Assembly (NCBI GenBank): GCA_004022145.1
Contig: RCNU01000012.1
DNA from: Paecilomyces variotii
Taxonomy: Eukaryota
Direction: 5' to 3' (one strand)
DNA length: 64,000 nt
A program made the position numbers and the translations under genes. Within the stretch, counting starts at the first letter, position 1; each line of letters opens with the position of its first letter. The notes beneath the pieces were generated by a model that saw only the letters and a list, made by a program, of their open reading frames with translations, made no database searches and was not told the origin of the DNA. Positions 1 through 12,860 of the stretch are shown piece by piece.

Positions 1-107
1 CTGCAAGACTAGGTATATAAGTAGAGTCTGCCCTACCGTCTGACTGGGAGCCGAATCTGAAAAGAACTTGCTAAACCTCATAACGCTTCGTACCTGGAAT
101 AAATAAA

Positions 108-1471
108 ATGAAATTTCATCCACATATTTTTCTTCCTTTTCTTACCGCCGCAATCGCTAGGGAGATAACATTTCCTCCTGTCGCAGGAATCAAAAGATAC
201 AACACCCAGTCCCCGTTGCAGCGTTACGGCTCAGCATCAGACGAGGATGTCTCGCTAGAGACTGATCCTATGGACGGGCTGACTTCATTCGCGCATCTCC
301 CTCATGTTTCATGTTTTTCAGCTGCAGCAGACGTTGAAAGTTATGACATAGCTGTTATCGGAGCGCCTTTCGATACTGGCACGTCTTATCGACCAGGAGC
401 GCGGTTTGGACCTCATGGTATACGCGACGGGTCTAGACGTATTCGTCCGCTGCATTCATGGAATATGTATACTGGCTATAATCCATTCCTACAATGGGCA
501 AAGGCCGTCGACTGTGGAGATGCACCGTTGACATTTGTGGATAATACTGTGGCAATGAAGCAGTTGGAAAAAGCACATAAGGTAGGAACTTTTTCGCTAG
601 AAACGAAACCTCTTCCGACAAAGACCCTAATATTTTTCTCCTGGCTAGATCATATCCAATCGCCTTGCGACAAATATTTCGGCTTCCGAAGTCCCTCGAA
701 TCCTTATGCTCGGGGGCGATCATACAGTAACCCTTGCTGCCTTGCGTTCAACAATCAACCATTGGGGTATTGTAAACGTTATCCACTTCGATTCTCATAT
801 TGACACCTGGGACCCACATGCAGTTGGTGAGTATTGATACGAGAAAAGGCATTATGAACGTTGTTTATAGACTAATATCTCGTTCTAGGGGGTGGAGTGT
901 CGGACTATGCGTGAGTCCCCTGTTTCGAGTGACTATCAGCTCAAGTACGTATTGTCAGTGAGCTAACTGCCTCGTATGGTAATCCAGTGCTGTGAATCAT
1001 GGGACGTTCCTACATATCGCACACGAAGAGGGTCTTATCTCAAACGACAGTTCAATCCATGTTGGCATCCGCGCTCCACTGGGGACGCGCCACCGTGACC
1101 TAGACAACGATGCCCGGTGTGGGTTCGACATCATAAAAGCCCGTGATATTGACGAGCTTGGTGTCAAAGGTATCATTGAAAGGATAAGGGATAGAGCCGG
1201 GGATGGTAATGTTTATATTACCGTTGATATAGACGTGCTAGATCCGGCGTATGCTCCGGCAACAGGGACCGCTGAGCCAGGAGGTTGGAGCACCAGAGAG
1301 TTATTGTCAATCATTGATGGCTTATCCGGCCTAAAAGTTATTGGTGCAGATGTGGTTGAAGTTGCTCCTGCTTACGATAATACCGGAGAGACGACATGTA
1401 TCGCAGCAGGAGAGATTGCGAGAAGTTTGATCGGCCTAATGGTCGACGTCCCTGTCGTTGCATCAAGCTAA
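108..1471 (+). CDS. Agmatinase/ureohydrolase (arginase family) with N-terminal signal peptide; 4 exons
   Basis: Motifs GAPFDTGTSYRPGARFGP, GGDHT, HFDSHIDTW, DIDVLDP and VVEVAP. GT-AG introns at 582-648, 827-888 and 911-987 join ORFs 108..803 and 992..1471. Hydrophobic N-terminus MKFHPHIFLPFLTAAIA. Confidence 0.9.
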
Positions 1472-1702
1472 CAAAATCGTCGGTGGGGAGCGAAAGTACT
1501 ATACAATCGCGACAATTATTAACAACATTTCTCCGTCAAGAACATTCGAGATAAAGGACACCGAACTTTTCATATATATCCAATATAATTTCCATCCCAT
1601 TTCCACTTCCTGGTAAAGATGTATGCTGTGAATCCATACGCCCAGCCGATGCTACTGGAAGTAGAATAGCTACGCACCATACAGAACACCTCCAGAGATA
1701 GA

Positions 1703-2229
1703 TCATTCAGTGCCCTTCTCCATCCTCGGGTGGGCACCGCTGAGATTATCCAAGAACTTGTCCTTCCGAGAACAGTAGATCTCAGCTCCAACCTCGGTGA
1801 ATAAGTCACGATCATATAGTGTCCCCGATTTGATGACGATGAGGTCAGGGCTCTGGTTGGGCTCCGACGTTATAGGTGAACCGCAGTCACCACAGAACTG
1901 TCGACGCAACTTGGGCCCCGCGTCGGTGTCATCCATGAAGAGCTTGGGTTCCCCTGAGGTGAAAGTGAAAGCACTCTGGGGGACAATAATGTTTGAGGAG
2001 TATGCTGATCCCGTGTAGCGTTTGCAGCTGATGCAGTGGCAGATAACAAGCTGCGACGGGAGTTAGCATCACATTGCATTATAACTGTGTGTTTTTGGAC
2101 GCCGTCGAGATATTCATATCTCAACAATCAGGGAATGCGTACCTTCGGCAGGGGCTGGTCTGGGGAGAGATCAATGCGGTATTTGAGCTTACCGCATAAG
2201 CAGGCTCCCATGCATGTTTTGGCGGACAT
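1703..2229 (-). CDS. GFA/CENP-V (Mss4-like) zinc-binding protein
   Basis: Spliced model (intron 2051-2142) gives MSAKTCMGACLCGKLKY...LVICHCISCKRYTGS...RQFCGDCGSPI, the CxC / CxCxxC / CxxC pattern of the GFA family. Confidence 0.85.
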
Positions 2230-2683
2230 ATCGATTAACCGTCAAGACGATGCCTTGGATTATGAATCAACGGTCTGTCGCTCGATGATTACTAGGTCTG
2301 TGGGCAGATTGTCTAATTTATGAAAGCTCAGAAGTCGCCAAGTCCCCAAACAGGGCTTAGACCGTAGTCTTGACAGAAAATTCTGTCTTCGTCTATTCAG
2401 ACATAAGCGGAACCACAACCTCGAAGCATTTATTCGTTGTTGGTTCGACGCGGGGTCGAGGAACCGTTTCAACGCCAAGCAAACAGACCCCGCGTCCTTT
2501 TGACGTATCACTCGGCTATGCCGATTTGATTATTATGAAAGCAGTGATGAAAGATAAGCTGCCGAAGTCATCATCATACCTAGTCATCAGGAATGATCTT
2601 TGAGACCGAGCAAACACTTCCTCTATTTCAGTATCTCAGCTGGACGTAGACCATTCAAGAAGAAACTGCAAAATTCGAACAGC

Positions 2684-3880
2684 ATGATATCTTTGCCATC
2701 ACAGCTGCCAGACCATCACCTGGACGAGTTTTCTGTCCCGACAGACTGTGGATCTGTTGTTCACGGATATAGTCGCGGGCTCTCCATAGAACAATCAGAG
2801 GCGAACGCCGTCCTTGTTTTAATCCATGGATATCCAATGACGTGAGATGTTCCAAGATAGCAGTGGCTGACCCTGACTGACAATGAGTGAAGAAATCTAC
2901 TGTTCGTCTTTCCCCATCGATTTTATCGTAATTTGATAGTTGGGCGACGTCGTCTGGCATTGTCTCAAGCAAACACTAATCAATGAACGAGACTTCCTGT
3001 TATTCAGATGGCGTCACGTATGGTCCTGAATAGATCTTCGTGATTGTTCGAAGCTGATGATGGGGGCCAGGTCATAAAGAATCTTCCCGACGATATTCCT
3101 CTCTTTGTGCCTGATATCCCGGGATACGGTAACAGCACGCCAAGTAAGACTGGGCACGATAAAGCAACTATAGGAAAAGCTATCCTTGACGCATTGAACA
3201 AAGTGCTTCAAAATGACCCGACCAAGCCTCCAAGACGCATTGTTCTTGCAGGCCATGATCGTGGGGCGCGGATCAGCCACCGTCTCAGTGTTGATGCTGG
3301 AGAGTTCTCAGATAAGTTTACTATAATAGGCACCATACTGATGGACATCGTACCTACGGTGGTCCAGTGGCACGGCATGAAGAATCCTGTTGAGGCAGCT
3401 GGCTTCTTTCATTGGCCGTTCCTTGCGAACGTGGAGTTGGCCACATCTATGATCCTCAAGGTCGGAGGAGATGTCTTCATCCGCAGTTTATGTGAACGAT
3501 GGTTGGGAGATCTGACTTATCCGGGACGTCGGAGTCTCATACAGGACGGCGCTCAGCAGGCATACGAAGAGACTTTCAAGCGTGAAAGTGTTATCAGGGC
3601 GGCTTGCCTCGATTATGAGGCAGCTGCTACCGTGGATGTTGACCGACAGAAGTACGACCAAGAGCATGGGAGAAAGATTCAGATACCAACGTTAGTTCTC
3701 CATTGTTCTGCACTCGGCAGACGGTTCAGTATGACAGACACTTGGGAGGAATGGGTTGCTGACGGAAAGAACCTGTTGTCTGTCATGGAAATAGGTGAGG
3801 GTGCTGGGCACTCATTCCCGGAGGAAGCCCCTGAGACTACAGCAAAGGCCATGCTGGAGTGGATCAGGAGATACAATTAA
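2684..3880 (+). CDS. Alpha/beta hydrolase, haloacetate (fluoroacetate) dehalogenase/epoxide hydrolase-like
   Basis: HGYP oxyanion motif, DIPGYG, nucleophile motif GHDRGAR, FFHWPFLA, CLDYEAAA and GHSFPEEAPE. Introns at 2842-2892, 2902-3007 and 3018-3070. Confidence 0.88.
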
Positions 3881-4127
3881 ATCTAGAAATCGAGAGGAAC
3901 ACATTTATCTCCTTGACTTTTGAAAAAGACGCAATCCCCTTTTTAATAAACATCACAATTTTCAGTACTGGTAATCAGCTGTACGTAGACGACAGACCCC
4001 GATAGACTGGCATATCCCATTTCTCATAACAATAACTAATCATCTACATTAAATAATGCCCCGAGGAGCGCATATGAAGACCTTTCTCCAATTTTGTGTG
4101 CGCCAGGGTAGCAGAGAATGAGGGAAT

Positions 4128-5151
4128 TCATAGCGCCAAAAAGACAACTGAACTCACTGAGACTGCTATGGTGAGAGCTATGGAGAATTGTGAACTGGGA
4201 CTTGCAGCCCCAGGTTTGCGAGAGCCTTTCACTACGTTTACCGGCCGAATACAATTCAAGCTTCGAGTCCCGACTGGATTTTCCGCAACGATATTGGTAC
4301 CGTTGGGTCCGAATGCGATCAGCATCACAGGAGTAAAGCCCTCGATGTATTGATCGTAGGTACCGAAGACCGTACCCAGCTGTGACTGTGGCTCGGTGAA
4401 AGAAGTTACTGTGAAGGGCTGGTCGCCATTCACCCCACAGGTGGATGATGTCTCAAGAAGAACTGTGGACGAAGCAGCCTCTTATTAGCTTATCTACACC
4501 GTGGAGGCTAAGAATGAGTTTATTCCTGAGAAATGGACGTACCACCCGATGACGACCGATTCAAAAGTGACCCAATACTCGCACAAGAGCCTGGAATCTT
4601 AACGGCTCCGCTGATGGAGGCGCATATTTCGTGTGAAGTGAGATCCCCGTTCCCGGCCTCTAGAACAGCGTTTCCCAGCGCTCCTTTGAGATCTCCGATG
4701 CAATTCGGTTCGAATACGCTAGCACAGTTTCCATTGTCTTCTTGCATCTGCGCGATCACAGTGGTATTTGTGAGTCCGCCGGTAAATGCTAACGCACAGA
4801 GAGTGTATGGAGCCACGCATATTGAATTGCCTTGACCAACGAACACATCGTGTGAGCTTTCGGGATAGAAGGATAATTTTCTGCCCACTTACCGTCTAGA
4901 TCGGATAACCAAATGCTCTCAGACACTGTATACTGCAGATCCGTGTCTACTGATGAACCAGGTATGCGACTCGATCCGTAAGACACGCCAATGTTGAGCT
5001 CTAGGCCCGTAGGTTGGTAGCTATCCACATCTGGATCCCAGACCGTGAGAGTGGTATTGAGTCTTCCGGTCGCGTTCCATGCAGTTGTCAGACCCGTTGT
5101 CGCTAGGATTATCAGCACAGTATTATAAAGCGAAATGAGTAGAGACATCAT
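4128..5151 (-). CDS. Hypothetical secreted, Cys-containing, probably GPI-anchored protein
   Basis: Three minus-strand ORFs (4789..5205, 4520..4888, 4128..4433) can be joined by GT-AG introns. The N-terminus is signal-like (MMSLLISLYNTVLIILATTGLTTA) and the C-terminal tail is hydrophobic (SIALTIAVSVSSVVFLAL). Confidence 0.65.
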
Positions 5152-5908
5152 GCCTTCCGCTCCGAAGACGGCTGCATCCAACCCATTCCTACAAGCATTC
5201 TTCACAAGAGGCAGGATGAGACAGCTCCCGTGGTATTTATGGGGTGATCACTAAGTGTCTGTCACCGTCGTATTTCAAGAGTGATAAGACATGAGCCTAT
5301 TGGGCGCCCGTATTTGCGAGAAGACAATTCGCTAAATTTTGCAAGCAACCCTAGCAAGTTTTAGATGGATGTTGCTTACTGGTAAGCCAGGTTGCACTGG
5401 ACATAAGCGCGAGGGGATTTGCATGTTATTATTAGCCTGCAAAGGAGTCAGAATTGATATTGTCCTAGAATTTCCGGCCTCTTGGGTCGTCTGGTTTCCC
5501 GCCACGAAGCTTGGCTTACACTAGCGAGGACAGATGTCTCAGTTGTGATACTTAAATTCAGTGATCCCTGTGATAAAACCAACCTCGTCCCGGCTACCCA
5601 GCAGCTAAGTATATGCAATTATGTACTGTACAAAACCTAACTTTCGTTCATCACATCAATTTTTAATTCTATCACTAGATGCGTATAATTGGCGCTACTC
5701 CGGAAGATCCGACTGCAATTACTTGAGTGTTCCTGACGTCGTCGTTGAAACTGATCAAAGTGCTGGAACAGGAATACAAGGAAAGCCCGTAACAGATTTG
5801 CTTCGCTCAAAGATAGGAACACTGACTGGTGTAGAATAATATGCAATATGGCAACTGACATTGCTCATACTAAATATTACTTTTCACGCTTCTCACTGGC
5901 CGACAAAT

Positions 5909-6050
5909 CCGAGGTATTCCACCCAATCGGAGCTCCTCGGCATCAACACACATCCTCGGTAATATCATATTTGGACTAAATATTATCCCTTGACGACTCG
6001 GAAAGGCCACAACAAGAGCTAAACTATCTTTCCTAGTGAACTCACCTCGG
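5909..6050. promoter_or_regulatory. Cluster of four CCTCGG/CCGAGG motifs (FarA/FarB-type site) upstream of the Zn2Cys6 gene
   Basis: CCGAGG at 5909-5914 and CCTCGG at 5935-5940, 5954-5959 and 6045-6050. Chance expectation for a hexamer on either strand is about 1 per 2 kb. Confidence 0.6.
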
Positions 6051-6067
6051 GGAGGCGACCGTTTGAG

Positions 6068-8418
6068 ATGTCAGAACACCGTTCCCGAGCACCTGTCGCA
6101 TGCCAGAACTGTCGTAAACGCAAAGTACGGTGCAGCGTAACCGTGACTGGACTGCCTTGCGTAGGCTGTACTCAGGATCGTATCGAGTGTACCGTTCCGC
6201 CGAGAAAACCTCACCCGTAAGATGTCTGATATAGAATAATGCCATCGAGTCTGCTGATTATTGTTAGTCCGCGACGTAACCGTTCATCTGCTGCCCGCCG
6301 TATTCCTTCAAGACAGCCCAATTCTACAGTCTCGGATGGGCTTGATAATAGGCCTCGTTCGATTGTCTCCCCGGAGTCGATCAGGAGGCTTCCATTATTG
6401 GCTCCGAGTCAGCCCCCAATAATATCAAATAGAGATGATCGCATTAGCAACACGCTGCCTACAGAAGACCGACTCAGCGTGCAGGAAGAGGAGCGCAATG
6501 GGATGGACATTGCGACGGCAGCATTAGAGCAGCCACAGAGAGCGGGCCAAGTTCCTTTCTATCCAGGTAAGCAGCAACATCACTGTAGGAATGAAGAGAC
6601 TGAGTTCGATCGCAACTAGGTGAACAGACCGGGATCACATCCGTTTTCGAGATCTGCCTACCACAACATGCTCTACCTAGGCACCTTCTGGTACCTTTGC
6701 GTTCCTCATATACTATATCGCAAGAAGACCAGGACTACCTCAGAAGCAAAGGCGTTTATACATTACCGAGACACGACTCTTGCGAGTGTCTTTTGAATGC
6801 GTACTTGCATCATGTACACCCTATTATGCCAGTCGTTGATATCAGTGTCCTGATAAATCACCAACAAGAAGGACGCCTGGATCAATATAACCTCTTACTC
6901 CTGTGGAGCATATTTTTTGCAGGAGTCAATGTAAGTGACACAACATACTCATTTGGCTTGAATCCTCACAAAGTCTCCAGTTCGTCCCCGCACGCATTTG
7001 GGAACAAGAAGGCTATAAATCACGGAAAGAAATGAAAGCCACCATGTACTATCGGGCAAAGGTGAGCACTCCGTCTCTGTCAGAACGACAGTTGCTTGTG
7101 TGCGAATTCAACTCACTGGTTTTGTCCGTAGTGCATGTACAACATAGGGATCGAGAGAGATAAAATCGTGCAATTGCAAGCATCTCTCCTGCTGGGATTC
7201 TGGCACTCAGACTTGGATGAAATTACCCAACCTTGGTATTGGACAGGGATCGCCATCAACCTGTGTCAGATGCTGGGACTCCATCGTGATCCGGATGCGA
7301 GTCGATACAACTCGGCGATATCGGATGAGCAACGCCGTCTATGGCGCCGTCTCTTTTGGAACTGTCTCTTCCGAGACCGCTGGTTGAGCCTGACTCTGGG
7401 AAGGCCACTACGTATTGTTCTAAACGATTGCGATACTCCCATGCCATCAGCTTCTGATGTTCTGGATGACACCAAGAGAATATCTCAGGTCGCGGCGAAT
7501 ACATATCTCCCAAGCGACTTTGCGCAATTAGCGCAATACTGGGTCAAGCTTGTACATCTCAGTAAGCTGTTGGGCGCAACATTGACGATGAATTATCAAC
7601 TCCTTGGGCCGACACCGACACTTCATCAAGTGGAAGGCCTCGAAGGCGAAATCCTGCAGTGCAAGGTTCCAGAACAATATGACCCTGGACTGAGTCGACT
7701 TGCGATCTTCTATATGTACCACGTACAGTTACATTATCAGTGAGAACCCATGGACCATTCATTACGTGACTAGCAATGACTTATTCCGCAGGGCACTACT
7801 GATCACGTTTTACCGGCCATACATAACCAAGACCCCCGTCGGCCTCCATGATCTCCATCAGAAGGAATGGCACCACATGATACGACTAAAAGTCGAATCA
7901 GCGGCTTCGAGAACGAATTCTATTTTGGACATTATGGCCCAAGACAAGCTCCTGGAGTTTGCTTGTCCTATGACGTAAGTGATAACATTAACTCCTTTGA
8001 AGAATTTACTACGTTCTTCTGTTTGCTAAAAGTATTTGAAACCGATAGAACGCCCTTATTGATGCCCGCCATGCACACACATCTCATGAATTGCAAATCT
8101 ACAGATCCTCTCTCGCAGCGTTTGGGTCTCAACAAGCTTAACATGTGTATGATGGTGTTGCAGGAGCTACAGGAAACATACGTTGTAGCTTCTATATATC
8201 GGGGCGTCTTCTCGAAAGCGATAAAACAACTATGCCCGGAATACGCGTCAAGTATTCCCGAAGATGTCATTCGACCACCCACAGCGGAATATGCATCTGC
8301 AGAGGCAAGGAATGACGACGGGGAAGTCATAGATACGATGATTTCTGATGATCTTATTGATTCACTCATGGACGAGGCATCTATATTTAGTTTATGGGAA
8401 AGCTGGAGTCGGATGTAA
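6068..8418 (+). CDS. Zn(II)2Cys6 transcription factor with fungal-specific TF domain (CTF1/Far-like)
   Basis: First exon, missed by the ORF track, encodes MSEHRSRAPVACQNCRKRKVRCSVTVTGLPCVGCTQDRIEC. The middle homology region has YLHHVHPIMPVVD, LGLHRDP, WRRLFW and LGRPLRI. Multiple introns. Confidence 0.9.
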
Positions 8419-8594
8419 CATAGAGTAGATATTTACTTGGTATTCAGACGGCTCATGATTAGAAGGCCTTTTACGTACAATAAATGACACAAGATAATCT
8501 CACAAAATAATCTAGAGAAACCGACTAGGATGAGAAAGAGAAAATACCATATGTTTGCTATGTCTCTATAATAACAATACAAGTCGGCCGCCCT

Positions 8595-10534
8595 CTACAA
8601 AAGAGCGATACCGGTGAAGGCCCTGTAATCATCTGAATGTATCTTCTCCTTAGCCCCGCCATCCAGATGGTACCTGTAAATGTTTCCACCAAGATCCGTC
8701 AAATAGATACAACGGTTTTCGTGGTCCAGCTTCAGTCCAATTGCCTCTTTCATGTGCCGTGTGATAACCTCGTATTTCTGTGATGAAGAGATACCTATCA
8801 GCGAGCCATCGGCGTCCAGCTTCGTTCTATACAAAGCATTGCCCAAAGGGACTTCTCCACGATCGGTCCAGTAGAGTGTGCGAGACTCCTCGTCTACTTC
8901 GAGATCAATGGGTTCCGGAAGCCCACTAAGGATGCATTCGATGTCACTTCGCGATGATGCTGCCTGGTTTGAAGGAGTTTCGATATTCGCAGAGAATATA
9001 CGACCTTTTCCGGATTTGGAAAATCCCTTCTGAGTCCAGTAGAACTTTCCCAGCTTCGGTGCCACAGCGACGCCTACGCACCACTTCCGTCCATCGTTGC
9101 GCTCTTCGTCGTTCTCCCAGTCTCCATTCTTGATCAAAGTTTCCAGGTTGGAGCCGTCGTAATTGCAGCGGAAAACCCGTAGCCCTTCACGGTCACAGAA
9201 GTAAATCTTCTTTGCGGTTCTATCCAAAGCCAATTGTTTTGGTGTATTAGCTCCACCAGGGGCAACGATAGTCTTGATATCAGTGCCATCCACACCAGCG
9301 GAGTACACAGTTCCATCGTTATTTCCTGGGACGCCCATGCATGTCCAAAACATGCGTCCACTCTCATAGTCAACGTCAATTCCATCTGGTAGAGACTGGT
9401 TCTTAGCAAGAACGCGTTGTATTTTGCCATCTGTGCTCAGCTCCAGGATCTCTCCAGATGTAGTCGTTGGTTTTTCTGCGGATAGCCCGATATCCAAGGC
9501 TATTATCCTACGGCCTGCTGTGGACGCATCCTTTCCTTCTGGGGGATATAGGCCACCCTTCGAGCATTTCGCACCGAGTTTTCCGTTGTCGAGATAGTTC
9601 TTCCGCAGAAAGTCGACTGTCTTTTCTGGTGAAAGGCCACGCTCATCAATGTAGTGTTGCTCAATAAAGGCAACAGTGTCAAGTCCGACATCTAGGCGAT
9701 TGCATGTTAGAGAGAAAATCGTGTCATTCTTCCATGAAATCGACCACTTACTGTCCATCATGCGACAGGGGATTACTCCGCTCTTAATAAACATCTCTGT
9801 CCACATTGAGTCGATCTCTTCTGGAACAGAGACCCCCTCAGCCAGGATCGTCAATATCTCGCGCTTGACGGCCGCCCATATCCGATTGAAGATGAAGCCG
9901 GTGGACTCCTTCCTAGCGACATAAGGCAGAGTTGCAGCTTCTTTCGACCGTTGAACCAGGAACGTAATTATATCCTCGGCAGTATGTCCGTCAGTCATAA
10001 GTTCCACGATCATACACTGAGGGGGCATATAGTAATGCATATTCAGTATGCGAGCTCTGGCTTCGTCAGGAACCTTTTGCAGCATCTCCGATGATTTGTA
10101 AGAGGAAGAATTGGATGCAAGTATACAGTCTGTCGGAGCAACAGCTGCGAGCTCTGCAAAGGTGTCTATCTTGAAGTTGATTTTTTCCGGAATGGCTTCG
10201 ATAACGAGCCATGCGTTTTTCACTGCATCCTGTAGCGCATCGAATGCTTGAGTGGCACCGGGGGCTTTTTGTGTTTTCTTTGCGTAAGAATGGACATTTT
10301 CTTCAATGTAGGCGATGGCGTCGGCGCGTTGCTGGGAACTCGGGTCACGAATGTTAACATCATATCCTGCAGATGCCCAGATGCATCCTGTATATGAAAT
10401 TTAAATTAGTATATTTCGTTTCGACACCCAGCCATGATTATTTGAGACATACCAATCCGGCGCCCGAGAACACCACCCCCAAGGACCGCAACGGGGCGTT
10501 TGCGGTAGTCGGACGGTGGTTGCCAGGATGCCAT
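8595..10534 (-). CDS. 3-hydroxyacyl-CoA dehydrogenase fused to a C-terminal YWTD/LDLR-type beta-propeller
   Basis: First exon MASWQPPSDYRKRPVAVLGGGVLGRRI (Rossmann GxGxxG), then VIEAIPE, ASNSSS, catalytic HYYMPP...VELM and GFIFNRI. C-terminal repeats MFWTC, IYFCD, FYWTQ, LYWTD and IYLTD. Confidence 0.9.
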
Positions 10535-11080
10535 TCTGTTTAGACTATATATGCTGAGCAGGACAGGGTTGCTTTCCTTGATAAGTCGATACTGAGATTC
10601 AGTGCAATACCGTGTTGAGCCACAACCAACCGAGAAGAGAAGCTGGCGCCGTGTACTCTTTTATACACTTCCTACGCAATTCGATATAGTTCCTACGGCT
10701 ACCTTGCACACTGCCCGAGAATCTCCGGGACGGGCGGCATTATGGAGAGAATGACAAATCCCGGAAGCTCGGCCATTAACCTATGGATATTTATGCTCGG
10801 ATCTGGCTCTCCGTGGCAAATGAATAACTGGCTGTTGTGGCCTGTAAACCGATCATAGAGCGAAAACGTGGACAGAACATCGGGTACCTGAACCACGGCA
10901 AACCGGGCCCACTATCAGATCGGTTCGGCAGTCAATGATACTCGGCCCGGTTTCTAGGTCTGCCATTGAGTTCCAATTGGCTTCAATTCTGGCCGAGGTT
11001 ACTTTGAAACAGGCTTCATATCGCTCACCGAAGACCAACCGGTTCCCCCAGCGAACGTAATTTACTAGCAACACGAAAAC

Positions 11081-11082
11081 AA

Positions 11083-11112
<30 letters not shown>
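11081..11112. repeat. Compound microsatellite A10 + (AG)11
   Basis: Directly visible in the sequence. Confidence 0.9.
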
Positions 11113-11113
<1 letters not shown>

Positions 11114-11416
11114 CAAGTATGTCAAGTAGTCTGCGGATAGTTATGTAGATTGTAAGTTGTGCATGGTAATCTCTGACGATCTTTCGCATAACGTGCTAGA
11201 GGACTTCTTAGCTATGTGCTGACAATGTCCAACTTCTTCTCCTTTTTCTATTTGGGATAGAATCTAGTCCTTGGCAGAGGCCGCTCAAGAAATGAGGACA
11301 TGGAGAAGTAACCAGTAGTAGTTGAGTCTATTCTAATTCTATCAAAGTCCAAAGTTGAAAAAAAGGTGACAACAACCGAAGCACTCAACAAGTTCCAAAA
11401 CACATTGCATGCAACT

Positions 11417-12860
11417 CTAGAAGCAGAAAATTTGATCGCTCATTTTTGACACACTCCCTGGGGCTTGGAAACCCATGTTTATCAATGCTTTCTTCGAAGC
11501 ATTTACCATCCCCGGAGGTCCGCACAGCATGATTTTGGTATCCATAGATGGTTTGGGTAATTTAGCCGCCATCACATCAGCCGTAACAAATCCTTTTCCA
11601 TAGGCCCATTTCTGAGGGGGGTTGTCCAACATGTACCAAATCTTGAAGTTCCTCGGGTAGTGGCGAGCGAAGAATTCCAACTCTTTCCTTAGGAGGATAT
11701 CCTCTTCAGACCGGTTGGCATAGATCAGACTTACTTGTGTTAGGTCGGTCTCATCCTCACAGATCGCCCGAATAAGTTGATACATTGGTGTAATTCCAGT
11801 ACCTCCGGCGATCATTCCTATTTGTTTGCAGAGGCCAGAATGATACTTCATCGCACCCTTCGGGCCTCGAAATAGGACCTTGTCGCCAACCTCCAGATTT
11901 GCGAGATAATGGCCCGTGAGAACGCCATCTGGGTAGCACTTGATGACTAGCTCAAGCTTGCCTAAGTCGGTATTGTTCGACGTCGGGGTGTAAGAACGAG
12001 AGACAGCTGCCCCATTGATAGTAGCTTTGATGGCAACGTGCTGGCCGATAGGAATGCCAATTACGTCCGTTGGGTTGGGTAGTTGGAAGACAAAGCGGAA
12101 AACATTCGGCGATAGCTTGTCCTTCTTAATTAGAGGAAGACTTTTGTATTCCTTGGGTTCGAGGAAACCTCTCGCAAGATTGGGGTTGAGCTTAGCGATC
12201 TTGCGACTTTTAACATGTGGAGGGTATCTTTCGAAACCAGCCTCGATATGAAGGACCTTCGACAGCTGGACTCCTATCATTCCTCCGGCAGCTGCACATA
12301 AAGCTGTAGCGCTGATGAAGCCGTTCGAGAACCCTCCGCGTGGAAGTTGGATCTCTGGCAGATCCTTAAGCCACACCTTGGGAAGTCGGGCGAGTTTGTC
12401 GGGAAGGTCGATGTAGCTTCGGGAGAAAAACAGCAGTGATGCCAAACCACCAAGAGAGGTGATAATGGCAATATTTCCCAACATGGAGGATTTGGTTGTT
12501 GGGAGAGGTGCGCTTTGTGGAATCACACGGACAGCTTTCGGGCGAACAACCTCCTGGGAATCCTTTAAGGTGCCAATCAAGTATTGTTCGAGGATCTCAC
12601 TGGCATCCTCTGAGTGTCCGACGTCTTCGAAGGCTCCCGTTGCGTCCGTTCCGCCGACGTCGATGAGGAGGTCTTGTCCTCCAGGATGGTCTTGGATGTA
12701 CTTCGTAATGTCATAGACTGGAGTGACTGAGATTAGGGAAATGAAACGGAAGTGCCCTTTGCTCACTAGACTCACCTTTGCCATGAATGGCGACCCAAAG
12801 GTCACTTTTTGTGTTGTGACCTTCAATGTCTTTAAGAGAAAACTCCCGTGTCGATGCCAT
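11417..12860 (-). CDS. Cytochrome b5 - NADH-cytochrome b5 reductase fusion protein
   Basis: True first exon MASTREFSLKDIEGHNTKSDLWVAIHGK, intron 12718-12775. b5 heme motifs HPGG and VGHS, two hydrophobic linker segments, FAD motif RSYTP, NADH motifs AGGTGITPM and CGPPGM, and a C-terminal F. Confidence 0.92.
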
